Shown one piece after another: positions 49,911-63,900 of a stretch of 64,000 nt of DNA. The notes below the pieces were generated by a model. That model had not been told where the DNA came from. It saw only the letters and a list, made by a program, of their open reading frames with translations, and ran no database searches. The DNA is taken from contig JBEUKZ010000047.1 of the NCBI GenBank assembly GCA_048128005.1, positions 124,001 through 188,000 on the forward strand, given 5' to 3'. A program made the translations under genes and the position numbers. The DNA is from Veleropilina oligotropha (taxonomy: Eukaryota). How positions within the stretch are numbered: the stretch's first letter is position 1; each line of letters starts with the position of its first letter.

Positions 49911-52900
49911 TTATAACTTGTAGAAAATATTTACTTGTTTTAAAAACTCGAATAAAGCTTCGAGCTTAGTGAGACTAAATAACTCTTGGAGCGAGTTTGC
50001 CCGGAAGTACTTTTGGCGTGCGAGATCCAAATCGACACAATCCAATAATATATGTTTAATTGTTAGGGCACATGCACAAGGAATACACTCAGGTGGAGGC
50101 TCCCCCCTAAGCAGGTAGCAGTGAGTGTAGTGGGAATGCCCAATTCTCAGTCTAGCTAAGACAACCTCTTCGCGGCGAATGATCCTGTAAGATGGAACCC
50201 ATTCGCCAAGAAGAGGCTTGATTGCATGCAATTTATTCCTTATGCATTCACTCCAAGAGTGCTGCCAAGTAGTATTTATATATTTGTTTGTTTTGTTTAA
50301 AATCAGAGTGGGGTAATTTACAATTTAGTGTATGGTTAAGATGTGAGGCTGCCTTGGCAGCTTGGTCAGCCTTCTCATTGCCTTGGATACCAATGTGACT
50401 TGGTATCCAGCATAAAATAATGTCATTATAGGGTAAAAGATTGTTATACTGTATTAAAATATCATAAATAAGAGGGTTTCTATTCATCTCCCTCAATGCT
50501 TGCAAGCTAGAGAGGGAGTCTGAATAGATAATAAAACGCCTATTAACACTAGTTGATATAAAATTGAGTGCAAGTTCGATTGCCTTTAGTTCCGCAGTAA
50601 ATATAGTCGCGCTGCCTGGCAGACGGTTTTGAAAACATCGTCTGCCAGTGACAGCGGCTGCTCCTACTAATTCTGCATCTTTTGAACCATCTGTATATAT
50701 ACTTGCACCATCTGAATATTTTAATTTCAGATCGTGCAATTTTGTGAGATAATCTGTTGTGTCTGTATTTGATTTTTTGAGTGATGTAAGATCTAGGTCA
50801 ATTTCCGGTACTTTTAGCGTCCATGGTGGAGTATCCGGAATGTAATTTGTTTTAATTTGATCTATATTTATGTTTGACTTTTCTAGTGCTGGTTTTATGC
50901 GAATGCCTAATGGTGCAATTTTGTTTGGTTTTGCCTGAAACAGAATTTCGTAGTTAGGTGTAAATACAGTTTCGAAAGCTGGATTAGATGGATTTGATTT
51001 TAATTTAATTGCATACTGCAGTGAAAGTTTTTCGCGTCTATGTGTAAGTGATGGTTCGTTTGCTTCGACATAAAGGCTTTCCATGGGTGATGTACGGAAA
51101 GCCCCTAGCGCCAATCGAAGCCCTTGATTATGGATTGGATCAAGCATTTTAAGGTAAGAATGGCGAGCAGAGCCATATACAATGCTCCCGTAATCAAGTT
51201 TTGATCTAATTAAGGATCTATATAATCGGAGTAAAACTTTTTTATCAGCACCCCATTCAGTATTAGAAACTACTTTCATTAAATTTAAAGCTTTCTGACA
51301 TTTAGCTTTAATATATTTGATATGAGGTATGAAAGTCAGTTTGCGGTCAAATATAAGGCCTAAAAATTTAAATTGGTCCACCACTGGAATCTCGAAGTCA
51401 TCCAGTTTCAGCACAGGGTCGTCGTGTATTTCACGACGCTGGCAAAAGTGCATGCATTTAGTTTTGTCCTTTGAGAATTTAAATCCATTCTCATCGGACC
51501 ATATCTGTAATTTATTTAGGCCATGTTGTAGCTGGCGTTCTATACTGTTCATATTTGTTGAACGATAGCAAATGCCAAAATCGTCAACAAATAATGAACA
51601 GTCAGTGCCAGTACTAATACATTTGACAATGCTGTTTATTTTAATACTGAATAGGGTGACTGATAAAATACTTCCTTGAGGGACACCCATCTCCTGGTCG
51701 TGAAGGTCGGAGAGGGTGTCACCCACCTTGACTTTAAAAATTCGGTCCTCAAGGAATTTTGAGATAAAAGTGGGCAAGTTGCCCTTTAAGCCAAAATCAA
51801 ACAAATCTTTCATAATCCCGTACTTCCATGTAGTATCGTAGGCCTTCTCTAGATCGAAAAAAACAGCAACTAAGTGTTGTCTGTTTAAGAAGGCCTCACG
51901 AACAAAAGTTTCCAGACGTACCAAATGATCAATTGTGCTCCGGTTCCTACGGAATCCACTTTGATATTCTGTTAATAAATTATTGGATTCAAGATACCAA
52001 ACTAATCTCTCGTTTATCATCCGTTCCATGGTTTTACAAATACAACTCGTCAGAGCTATAGGTCGATAACTGTTTGCATGCGATGGATCTTTCCCTGCCT
52101 TGGGAACTGGAATAACGGTAGCTTCCCTCCATGCATATGGGAAGATTCCAGTTTCCCAAATGGTATTGAATAATGCAAGGAGAGTTGCAAGTGATGTTTC
52201 AGGTAAGTGCTTTAGTAACTGATAGTGTATGTCATCAGGACCAGCTGATGTGTCATGTGCCTTGTTAAGTGAATCTGTGAGTTCTTTGCGTGTAAATGGT
52301 TGATTGTATGATTCAGAATTGTTAGATCTAAAGTTTAGCCTTGTTTTTTCCTTTTGATGTTTGAAACGGGTAAATTTTGGTGTACAGTTATCGGATGATG
52401 AATTGGCAGAAAAAGTATCTGCCAAAGTATTTGCAATGTCTTTAGCTGAGTTTGCTTCTGAGGTGTTTGTTTTAATGTGCTTGATGCAGTTGGGTATATG
52501 TTTGCCGCTGATTTTACGGATCATATCCCATGTCTTTTTAATAGTGGAACAAGAGTTTAGTTTGGTAACATAGGAATGCCAGGATTCCCTTTTGCTTTGC
52601 TTGATGGTACGTCTGGCTTTTGCCCTTAGTAGCCTATAGCTATTAAGGTTTTGTAATGTTGGGTTGTGTTTAAATGTTGAAATTACATGTATGCGTGTTT
52701 TTATTGCTTGCCTGCAGTCTTCATTAAACCAAGGTTTACTTTTGTGTTTTTCATTTGGACAGGTCTTTGGAATTGAGAGTGTTGCAATGTCATGTAATGT
52801 CGTAGAGAAACTTGATATTGGGTCATCGCCATTAGTGAAGTTGTTTGAATGTAATTGGTCTTCGCAAAGGGATTGGAATCTTGGCCAATCAGCTTTGTAA

Positions 52901-53597
52901 AGTTTCCACCTTTCAGTGTATGTTTGTGCTTGGTTAATTGTGCTTTCCAGGAAAATTGGAAAGTGGTCGCTTCCGTGGAGGTCCTCACCAACTTTCCAAG
53001 TAAAGTCCAGGAAAGCCGATGGGTCGCACATGGTAAGGTCAATGGTGGTAAGTGAGCCTGTAGGTGGATGCATGTATGTTGGCGATTTGGTAGTATTAAA
53101 TAAACACAGATTGTGTTTCCCAATAAAGTCCTCTATTTGATGTCCCCGTTTATCTGTATCAGTACCGCCCCAATCCGTACTGTGGGCGTTAAAATCGCCA
53201 CAATATAAATGGGGTCGGTAGCTGATTGATGAGATTGTCAAGGTCAGTAGGTCGTAAGTTTGTACTAGGTGGTAAGTAAACCGAGCAGATAGTTATTACT
53301 CGGTGAGTCGATATTTTCACTGCTACTGCCTGTAAGTTTGTGTTTAAGTTGACCTGACTGTGTGGTGTTCTGTTGTTGACAATGATTGAAACCCCCCCCC
53401 CCCCCCTGTTGCTTTGTCACCTGTGGTGACAATGTGATTGTATAGTGAATGGTCTTTGATATGTATGTTGTCTGTGAGTTTCATGAAGGTTTCATTAAGA
53501 CATAATGCTGTTGGTTTGTGTTCTTGAATTAATAGACTGATCTCATCAATATTAGGTTTAATGCCTCTACAATTCCATTGTATTATTGTGCCTGATG
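49911..53597 (-). pseudogene. Copy E ORF2 (start-codon region damaged, frameshifts near 53395, 53203 and 50290)
   Basis: ORFs 50248..53241 and 49911..50231; comparison with copy F. Confidence 0.93.
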
Positions 53598-53654
53598 TTG
53601 ATTTAATGGTGTGTGTATTAAGTTATTTGTTTGTAGTGTTATGTTAAAATTTGC

Positions 53655-55160
53655 CTATTTATTCGGTGGAAGTACGGGCTTGATGGGAGGTTTTGGCTTG
53701 TGCGGGCGATCCAATGGCTGATCGCTTTCCATTGGATCGTTGGCAGGAGGGAGCGGCCCAGGTGTTTCGGGGCTCTCCTCCGTCTGCTGGTGTAATTTGT
53801 CTGCTGCCGCCTTCCCACCCTTCATGGCAGCAGCAACAATTTCGGACGCGAGGTCCTCGATAATCGTGTCGGTATTATCAATTTGGTCATCTGATGGTTC
53901 GTTAGTGTCCATCAGGTGACCAAAGCGATTATGCAGCTTAATTGGGTCCTCGGACCCTTTGGGCTGTCTGTTTGGCGTAATTGTTTGTTTTTTAGAGGTT
54001 GCTGCTTTGCGAGCAGCAGCAGCCTCTTTTGTCGAGTTGCGAGTAGTTTTGTTAGGTTTTGTAGTTTTGTTAGATGTGATTATTGGTTTGACAGTTTGAG
54101 ATGATGATTCTGATAGTGATGACGATGATGGTTTATTTCGAGATGGCAAAGTACTGAAGAACGCTTCACCAGATGGCCAGGTGATATCCGTTTGTGTTGA
54201 AGAGGATTGAGTGACTGACTTTTGCTCTGATGCTGTAGCAATTGCAGCATAGGATCTGCCCGAGGTAGTGCGGGATTCCACCAGTTTCCTGGCATCCGGG
54301 AAAGAGATCCGGTCGATGGTCTTGACCTTCTGGATCTCTTTCTCGTGCTTCCACTTCGGACAGTCCTTTGAGTAAGCGCAATGCTTACCCCTGCAATTAC
54401 AGCATAGGGGTGGCTTGGAGCACGAGTCAGACTCGTGACCCTCTTCGCTACATCGAGCACATGCGGGGTTCCTTCTGCATCGGTCCTTGTGATGCCCAAA
54501 TGACTGGCATTTGAAGCATCTCAAGGGGTTTGGAATGTAGGGCTCTACAGGGATGTTAATATAACCTGCTTTAACATACTTTGGAAGTACTGGAAGGCGG
54601 AAGTCCAGGATGATGGTGTTAATGGGGACTTTCTTCCCATCCTTGAACATTGTCAGGCGTGTAACCTTCGTTACACCCTGACTCGACATGCCTTCCAGCA
54701 GTTCGGGTTCACTGCATCCCTGCAGGTCCCTAGATCGAATTACTCCCTTGGAGCTGTTCAAAGACCGATGCGGTCTGACTTCAACTGGGATGTTGACAAA
54801 ATTGTCAGTACGAAGGAGATTCTCCGCATGGCTCTTCCTGGCGCATTCCACCAGTAGTGTGCCATCTCGGAGTTTTTTGACAGATCGAGGTTCGCCTGCA
54901 AGGCCGAGGATGGCCTTGGAGATGGCGAACGGACTCAATGAAGTGATTTGAGTACTTGAGTTAAGTGCCTCGATCGTCAAAAAACGAGGCCAGCTTTCCG
55001 GTACAGGAGGTGGAGGGTCAGGCTTATAAGGAGCCTCTATCTCAGGATGATATGGGGTAGACCGGAAAGCGGCCATGAATTTAGCATCTTCGTCGTCATC
55101 ATCATAATCTTTTGAATTTTTGCGCCGTTTAGCTGCATTATAGCGTGTTTTGTGTGCCAT
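53655..55160 (-). CDS. Copy E ORF1, intact (~501 aa)
   Basis: Open from MAHKTRY (ATG 55160) to KPVLPPNK; 3 CCHC knuckles. Confidence 0.9.
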   Translation of the reverse strand: MAHKTRYNAAKRRKNSKDYDDDDEDAKFMAAFRSTPYHPEIEAPYKPDPPPPVPESWPRFLTIEALNSSTQITSLSPFAISKAILGLAGEPRSVKKLRDGTLLVECARKSHAENLLRTDNFVNIPVEVRPHRSLNSSKGVIRSRDLQGCSEPELLEGMSSQGVTKVTRLTMFKDGKKVPINTIILDFRLPVLPKYVKAGYINIPVEPYIPNPLRCFKCQSFGHHKDRCRRNPACARCSEEGHESDSCSKPPLCCNCRGKHCAYSKDCPKWKHEKEIQKVKTIDRISFPDARKLVESRTTSGRSYAAIATASEQKSVTQSSSTQTDITWPSGEAFFSTLPSRNKPSSSSLSESSSQTVKPIITSNKTTKPNKTTRNSTKEAAAARKAATSKKQTITPNRQPKGSEDPIKLHNRFGHLMDTNEPSDDQIDNTDTIIEDLASEIVAAAMKGGKAAADKLHQQTEESPETPGPLPPANDPMESDQPLDRPHKPKPPIKPVLPPNK

Positions 55161-56917
55161 TATTTGTGTATTGTGTTTCGTCACCCGAGGTCCCCCCCAC
55201 CCCGGAGCCCAACAAGGGGGCATTTAACGGGTGCGGAGTGCCAGCACCCAATGCCAGGGATACCCGGGTGATATACTCAAATAAGTAATGAATATTTGTG
55301 GTGGGAAGTGTATATCCCACCATTCATTTCTCACTTGATTGACCCTTCAGCCACCGCCTTCTGGGATATAGATCAATAGCTGTTATATGATCTGTTGTAT
55401 TCAATGTGTAATATTAGAATATATTGATCGATGTTAAGATTAAATGTTAAGTTATCCCAGGGCACGGCGTGACAAGCCGATTGATCAGATAGGGCCTATC
55501 TGACCTCCCGTCTAGCTGAATCCAAGGCCAAAGTAGTGTGTTGCTTCAGCCGAGGCTGAAGCTCAACTACCAGGATCCTCTTCTCCAACATCACGGGTCG
55601 CCACCCACGGCAAACAGGTGGCTCCCATTTGGGGGGATCTTACCCCTCTGCAGGGAGAGCAGTCGGCATATTCTAACCCCTAACCGACTGGGGGCATATA
55701 TTAATGAAGGTGACAGGATGAAAACAAAGCATGTTAGTTCTCACACGAATTAGGATCGAGTGCAGCTGTGCACAACAACAGAGAGTAAAAAAAGTTCAAA
55801 AATATAGTCAAACTATTGTAAAACATTGTGGAGCACAAATAAATTTCTGCACATCATGCAATAGAAATGACCATGTGTGACGGGAATTGAACATTTCATC
55901 CATGAAAACAAAACATTTTGGATGTAACACTGGACACCGAATTTCACTTGCACAGTTATATGGTAATATATTTGTCATTTCATTTTTAAATGTATTTAAA
56001 AATATAGGTAACCATTCTTTTTTCTAAAACAAGACCAAAAAAGTATAAATATCATCTATACACTGTTCCATGTCCAATCAATTTCAAAAATGGTGTCCTG
56101 TTACATCCGCAGGTTATTCTTGTGTGTATTTATGCTTAGAAGACACCAAAATAGACATGACCATATATATATAATGGTATGTTAATACTGGAAATGATTT
56201 TGAATGAATATTGCCCCTAACAGCCGCATGTGAGCAAAAACATGTCAAACCAAATGTTATTTTTGCGTCCTGGAGTGTGGCATAAAAGTTGTTTTTCTTC
56301 TAATTTCTCATAACAGAACTATCTTTTCCTTCATTGGTCAGGATGAATCAACATTTTGTGGTGTGTAATCTACCATCACTTTGATTTTTACATTGGTTTG
56401 AAATTTTGAAAAACATTGATCTCGGATGTAACGGAAATTGTATGACTCCGTAGACTGGCTCATATATACATAGATATTGCATCATGTTATGCTTTTCCAG
56501 AAAGACATTGATAGCTATACGTCAAAAATTCAATATGATATAAAGTAATTAAATTGATATGATATATGACATTTTTGTATATTAAATCTATATTTTCTCA
56601 TAAAATCATAATGGATACCACATTTAACTACAATATCCCATGGTAACAGCCACAAAAAATAATTTTCATAAAATGTAAATGTTTTTTTATTGTATAAGAT
56701 ATCAAACTTCGAATTAATATAGCTAAAAATGCCAATTATTAAAAATAAAATATCTACATATAGCAATTATTTCTTTGCAGTAAAGTCTTCAACTGAAGGA
56801 ACCACATCAGGTAAGTTAGTTGTAAGTTTGACTGTAACAGGTTGAATTATAAATGGTATTATAAATAACACTTTCAGACCTCACAATGATGATAATAATA
56901 CTTAAACTGATAATTGG

Positions 56918-59900
56918 TTTTGATTTGATTTGATGTTTAACGACCACGCCGACATTATTTCAGTCATAATCGGGTCAATAAAATAAAAATGATCGTGATT
57001 GGTATATTTACAGGTTAAAATATATAAATATCGATAAAAAGGCAAGTAAAAACAATGTAAATTTAGATAAAAAACAAAGCAATAAAATAAAATGCTAGTG
57101 ATGATAAAATGGTTGATACAAACAAGTATAATAATAAAAAACAAAATCTGAAATTTGTGAAATAAATACTATTAAAAATAAAATATAAATTATAACTTGT
57201 AGAAAATATTTACTTGTTTTAAAAACTCGAATAAATCTTCGAGCTTAGTGAGACTAAATAACTCTTGGAGCGAGTTTGCCCGGAAGTACTTTTGGCGTGC
57301 GAGATCCAAATCGACACAATCCAATAATATATGTTTAATTGTTAGGGCACATGCACAAGGAATACACTCAGGTGGAGGCACCCCCCTAAGCAGGTAGCAG
57401 TGAGTGTAGTGGGAATGCCCAATTCTCAGTCTAGCTAAGACAACCTCTTCGCGGCGAATGATCCTGTAAGATGGAACCCATTCGCCAAGAAGAGGCTTGA
57501 TTGCATGCAATTTATTCCTTGTGCATTCACTCCAAGAGTGCTGCCAAGTTGTATTTATATATTTGTTTATGTTTTGTTTAAAATCAGAGTGGGGTAATTT
57601 ACAATTTAGTGTATGGTTAAGATGTGAGGCTGCCTTGGCAGCTTGGTCAGCCTTCTCATTGCCTTGGATACCAATGTGACTTGGTATCCAGCATAAAATA
57701 ATGTCATTATAGGGTAAAAGATTGTTATACTGTATTAAAATATCATAAATAAGAGGGTTTCTATTCATCTCCCTCAATGCTTGCAAGCTAGAGAGGGAGT
57801 CTGAATAGATAATAAAACGCCTATTAACACTAGATGATATAAAATTGAGTGCAAGTTCGATTGCCTTTAGTTCCGCAGTAAATATAGTCGCACTGCCTGG
57901 CAGACGGTTTTGAAAACATCGTCTGCCAGTGACAGCGGCTGCTCCTACTAATTCTGCATCTTTTGAACCATCTGTATATATACTTGCACGATCTGAATAT
58001 TTTAATTTCAGATCGTGCAATTTTGTGAGATAATCTGTTGTGTCTGTATTTGATTTTTTGAGTGATGTAAGATCTAGGTTAATTTCCGGTACTTTTAGTG
58101 TCCATGGTGGAGTATCCGGAATGTAATTTGTTTTAATTTGATCTATATTTATGTTTGACTTTTCTAGTGCTGGTTTTATGCGAATGCCTAATGGTGCAAT
58201 TTTGTTTGGTTTTGCCTGAAACAGAATTTCGTAGTTAGGTGTAAATACAGTTTCGAAAGCTGGATTAGATGGATTTGATTTTAATTTAATTGCATACTGC
58301 AGTGAAAGTTTTTCGCGTCTATGTGTAAGTGATGGTTCGTTTGCTTCGACATAAAGGCTTTCCATGGGTGATGTACGGAAAGCCCCTAGTGCCAATCGAA
58401 GCCCTTGATTATGGATTGGATCAAGCATTTTAAGGTAAGAATGGCGAGCAGAGCCATATACAATGCTCCCGTAATCAAGTTTTGATCTAATTAAGGATCT
58501 ATATAATCGGAGTAAAACTTTTTTATCAGCACCCCATTCAGTATTAGAAACTACTTTCATTAAATTTAAAGCTTTCTGACATTTAGCTTTAATATATTTG
58601 ATATGAGGTATGAAAGTCAGTTTGCGGTCAAATATAAGGCCTAAAAATTTAAATTGGTCCACCACTGGAATCTCAAAGTCATCCAGTTTCAGCACAGGGT
58701 CGTCGTGTATTTCACGACGCTGGCAGAAATGCATGCATTTAGTTTTGTCCTTTGAGAATTTAAATCCATTCTCATCGGACCATATCTGTAATTTATTTAG
58801 GCCATGTTGTAACTGGCGTTCTATACTGTTCATATTTGTTGAACGATAGCAAATGCCAAAATCGTCAACAAATAATGAACAGTCAGTGCCAGTACTAATA
58901 CATTTGACAATACTGTTTATTCTAATACTGAATAGGGTGACTGATAAAATACTTCCTTGAGGGACACCCATCTCCTGGTCGTGAAGGTCGGAGAGGGTGT
59001 CACCCACCTTGACTTTAAAAATTCGGTCCTCAAGGAATTTTGAGATAAAAGTGGGCAAGATGCCCTTTAAGCCAAAATCAAACAAATCTTTCATAATCCC
59101 GTACTTCCATGTAGTATCGTAGGCCTTCTCTAGATCGAAAAAAACAGCAACTAAGTGTTGTCTGTTTAAGAAGGCCTCACGAACAAAAGTTTCCAGACGT
59201 ACCAAATGATCAATTGTGCTCCGGTTCCTATGGAATCCACTTTGATATTCTGGTAATAAATTATTGGATTCAAGATACCAAACTAATCTCTCGTTTATCA
59301 TCCGTTCCATGGTTTTACAAATACAACTCGTCAGAGCTATAGGTCGATAACTGTTTGCATGCGATGGATCTTTCCCTGCCTTGGCAACTGGAATAACGGT
59401 AGCTTCCCTCCATGCGGATGGGAAGATTCCAGTTTCCCAAATGGTATTGAATAATGCAAGGAGAGTTGCAAGTGATGTTTCAGGTAAGTGCTTTAGTAAC
59501 TGATAGTGTATATCATCAGGACCAGCTGATGTGTCATGTGCCTTGTTTAGTGAATCTGTGAGTTCTTTGCGTGTAAATGGTTGATTGTATGATTCAGAAT
59601 TGTTAGATCTAAAGTTTAGCCTTGTTTTTTCCTTTTGATGTTTGAAACGGGTAAATTTTGGTGTACAGTTATCGGATGATGAATTGGCAGAAAATGTATC
59701 TGCCAAAGTATTTGCAATGTCTTTAGCTGAGGTTGCTTCTGAGGTGTTTGTTTTAATGTGCTTGATGCAGTTGGGTATATGTTTGCCGCTGATTTTACGG
59801 ATCATATCCCATGTCTTTTTAATAGTGGAACGAGAGTTTAGTTTGGTAACATAGGAATGCCAGGATTCCCTTTTGCTTTGCTTGATGGTACGTCTGGCTT

Positions 59901-60919
59901 TTGCCCTTAGTAGCCTATAGCTATTAAGGTTTTGTAATGTTGGGTTGTGTTTAAATGTTGAAATTGCATGTATGCGTGTTTTTATTGCTTGCCTGCAGTC
60001 TTCATTAAACCAAGGTTTACTTTTGTGTTTTGCATTTGGACAGGTCTTTGGAATTGAGAGTGTTGCAATGTCATGTAATGTCGTAGAGAAACTTGATATT
60101 GGGTCATCGCCATTAGTGAAGTTGTTTGAATGTAATTGGTCTTCGCAAAGGGATTGGAATCTTGGCCAATCAGCTTTGTAAAGTTTCCACCTTTCAGTGT
60201 ATGTTTGTGCTTGGTTAATTGTGCTTTCCAGGAAAATTGGAAAGTGGTCGCTTCCGCGGAGGTCCTCACCAACTTTCCAAGTAAAGTCCAGGAAAGCAGA
60301 TGGGTCGCACATGGTAAGGTCAATGGTGGTAAGTGAGCCTGTAGGTGGATGCATGTATGTTGGCGATTTGGTAGTATTAAATAGGCACAAATTGTGTCTC
60401 CCGATAAAGTCCTCTATTTGATGTCCCCGTTTATCTGTGTCAGTACCGCCCCAATCAGTACTATGGGCGTTAAAATCGCCACACAGTACAAATGGGGTCG
60501 GTAGCTGATTGATGAGTTTGTCAAGGTCAGTAGGATGTATATTTATGCTAGGTGGTAAGTATACCGAGCAAATAGTTATTACTCGGTGAGTCGATATTTT
60601 CACCGCTACTGCCTGTAAGTTGGTGTTTAAGTTGACCTGACTGTGTGGTGTTCTGTTGTTGATGATGATTGATACCCCCCCCCCCCCCTGTAGCCTTGTC
60701 ACCTGTGGTGACAATGTGATTATATAGTGAGTGGTCTTTGATATGTATGTTGTCTGTGAGTTTCATGAAGGTTTCATTAAGACATAATGCTGTTGGTTTG
60801 TGTTCTTGAATTAATAGACTGATCTCATCAATATTAGGTTTAATGCCTCTACAATTCCATTGTATTATTGTGCCTGACATGTTGGTTTAATGGTGTGTGT
60901 ATTAAGTTATTTGTTTGTA
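56918..60919 (-). mobile_element. LINE copy F (3' UTR plus entire ORF2), cut in the inter-ORF spacer by copy G
   Basis: Tail at ~56918; near-identical to E; abuts the tail of G at 60920. Confidence 0.96.
57190..60880 (-). pseudogene. Copy F ORF2, complete except for one frameshift in a G homopolymer
   Basis: 60548..60880 (MSGTIIQWNCRG) plus 57190..60714 (1174 aa); the break is at the 14-C run ~60675-60688. Confidence 0.92.
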
Positions 60920-63900
60920 TTTGATTTGATTTGATGTTTAACGACCACGCCGACACTAATGGTCATAATCGGGTCGGGCAAGTTAATTATACAATAGTTT
61001 AATATAAAAAGTTAAAAGTTGAGATATATATTTACTAATAAAATATCAATGCAATAAAACGTGATAAATAATAAAAACAATTCAATATATTTACAAGTAA
61101 AATAAACATAATGCAAATTTGGATAAAAATAAGATCAAATGTTTGCTAAAACCGAGTATAATAATAAAATAGTATAATAATAAAATAAAATAAATTTATG
61201 TAGAATTTAGTCATAAAGGAAATAAAAGTATAAATAAAATTATAACTTATGGAAAATATTTACCTGTTTTAAAAATTCAAATACGGCTTCGAGCTTATTA
61301 AGATTAAATAACTCTTGGAGTGAATTTGCCCTAAAATACCTTTGGCGTGCGAGATCCAAATCGACACAATCCAATAATATATGTTTAATTGTTAGGGTAG
61401 TTGCACAAGGAATACACTCAGGTGGAGGCTCCCCTTTAAGCAAGTAGGAGTGAGTGTAGTGAGAATGCCCAATTCTCAGTCTGGCCAAGACGACCTCCTC
61501 TCGCCGAGATGGCCTGCAAGAGGGTCCCCATTCACCAAGAAGAGGTTGGACATTCTGCAGTTTATTCCTTGTGCATTCACTCCAAGAGTGCTGCCAAGTA
61601 GAATTTATATATTTGTTTATGCTTTGTTTAAAATCTGAGTGTGGTAGTTTACAATTTAGTATATTGTTAAAATGTGAGGCTGCCTTGGCAGCTTGGTCAG
61701 CCTTCTCATTGCCTTGGATACCGATATGGCTCGGTATCCAGCATAAAACAATGTCATTGTCAGGTAAAAGGTTGTTATAGTTTAATAAAATTTCCTGAAC
61801 AATAACATTTCTATTCATTTCTCTCAGTGCTTGTAAGCTAGAGAGGGAGTCTGAATAGATAATAAAACGCCGTTTAGTACTTGTAGAGATAAAATTAAGA
61901 GCAAGCTCGATTGCTTTTAGTTCTGCAGTATATATAGTCGCGCTGCCTGGCAGACGGTTTTGAAAACATTGTCTGCCAGTGACAGCGGCTGCTCCTACTA
62001 ATTCTGCATCTTTTGAACCATCTGTGTATATGCTTGCACGATCTGAATATTTTAATTTCAGATCGTGCACTTTTATGAGATAATCTGATGTGTCTGTGTT
62101 TGATTTTTTGAGTGATGTAAGTTGTAGATCAATTACCGGTACTTTTAGTGTCCATGGTGGAGTATCCGGAATGTGATTTGTTTTAATTTGACCTACATGT
62201 ATGCCTGCGTTTTCTAGTGCTGGTTTGATGCGGATGCCAAATGGTGCAATTTTGTTTGGTTTTGCCTGATATAGATGTTCATAATTTGGTGTAAATACAG
62301 TTTCGAAAGCAGGGTTAGATGGATTTGATTTTAATTTTATTGCGTATTGTAGTGATAATTTTTCACGTCTGAGTGTAAGAGATGGTTCGTTGGCTTCGAC
62401 ATAGAGGCTTTCCATGGGTGATGTGCGGAAAGCCCCCAGTGCAAGTCGAAGCCCTTGGTTATGGATTGGATCAAGCATTTTAAGGTTTGAATGGCGAGCA
62501 GAGCCATATACTATGCTCCCATAATCAAGTTTTGATCTAATTAATGATCTGTATAGTCGTAATAAAACGTTTTTATCAGCACCCCATTCAGTATTAGAAA
62601 CTACTTTCATTAAATTTAAAGCTTTTTTACATTTAGCTTTAATGTATTTTAAATGCGGTATGAAAGACAGTTTTCGGTCAAATACAAGGCCTAAAAATTT
62701 AAATTGATCTACCACTGGAATCTCAAAGTCATCCAGCTTCAACACAGGGTCGTCATGTATTTCACGACGCTGGCAGAAGTGCATGCATTTAGTTTTGTCC
62801 TTTGAGAATTTGAATCCATTCTCATCGGACCATATCTGTAATTTATTTAGGCCATGTTGTAGCTGGCGTTCTATACTGTTCATATTTGTTGAACGATAGC
62901 AAATGCCAAAATCGTCAACAAACAATGAACAGTCAGTGCCAGTACTAATACATTTGACGATACTGTTTATTTTAATACTGAATAGGGTGACTGATAAAAT
63001 ACTTCCTTGAGGGACACCCGTCTCCTGGTCGTGGATATCGGAGAGGGTGTCACCCACCTTAACTTTAAAATTTCTATCCTCAAGGAATTTCGAAATAAAA
63101 TTGGGCAAGTGGCCCTTTAAACCAAAATCAAATAAATCCTTCATAATCCCGTACTTCCAAGTAGTGTCGTAGGCCTTCTCTAGATCGAAAAAAACAGCAA
63201 CTAAATGTTGTCTGTTTAGGAAGGCCTCACGAACAAAAGTTTCCAGACGTACCAAGTGATCTGTGGTGCTCCGGTTGCACCGGAACCCACATTGATATTC
63301 TGTAAGTAAATTATTTGATTCTAAGTACCAAACTAATCTCTCGTTTATCATCCTTTCCATGGTTTTACAAATACAACTCGTCAGGGCTATGGGTCGATAA
63401 CTGTTGGGATGTGATGTATCTTTTCCCGCCTTTGCAATTGGGATAATTGTAGCTTCCCTCCATGAGGGAGGGAAGGTTCCAGTTTCCCAGATAGTATTGA
63501 ATATTGCAAGTAGAGTTGTAAGTGATGTTCCAGGTAAGTGCTTAAGTAATTGATAGTGAATGTCATCAGGGCCAACTGCTGTGTCATGTGCCTTGTTTAG
63601 TGAAGCTGTGAGTTCCTTGTGTGAAAATGGCTGATTGTATGACTCTGTATTGTTGGATCTAAAATTGAGCCTTGTTTTTTCTTTTTGATGCTTAAAACGG
63701 CAGAATTTTGGAGTGCAGTTGTCGGATGATGAATTGGCAGAAAAGGTATCTGCCAATGTGTTTGCAATGTCTTTAGCCGTGGTTGCTTCTAATTTGTTTG
63801 TTTTAAGGTGCTTGATGCAGTTGGGTGTATGTTTGCCACTAATTTTACGGATCATATCCCATGTTTTTTTAATAGTGGAACGAGAGTTTAGTTTGGTAAC

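Larger units (their letters stand above)
49651..55694 (-). mobile_element. Full-length LINE copy E with ~12-bp TSD
   Basis: TSD atatattaatga at 49639-49650 and 55696-55707. Confidence 0.97.
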
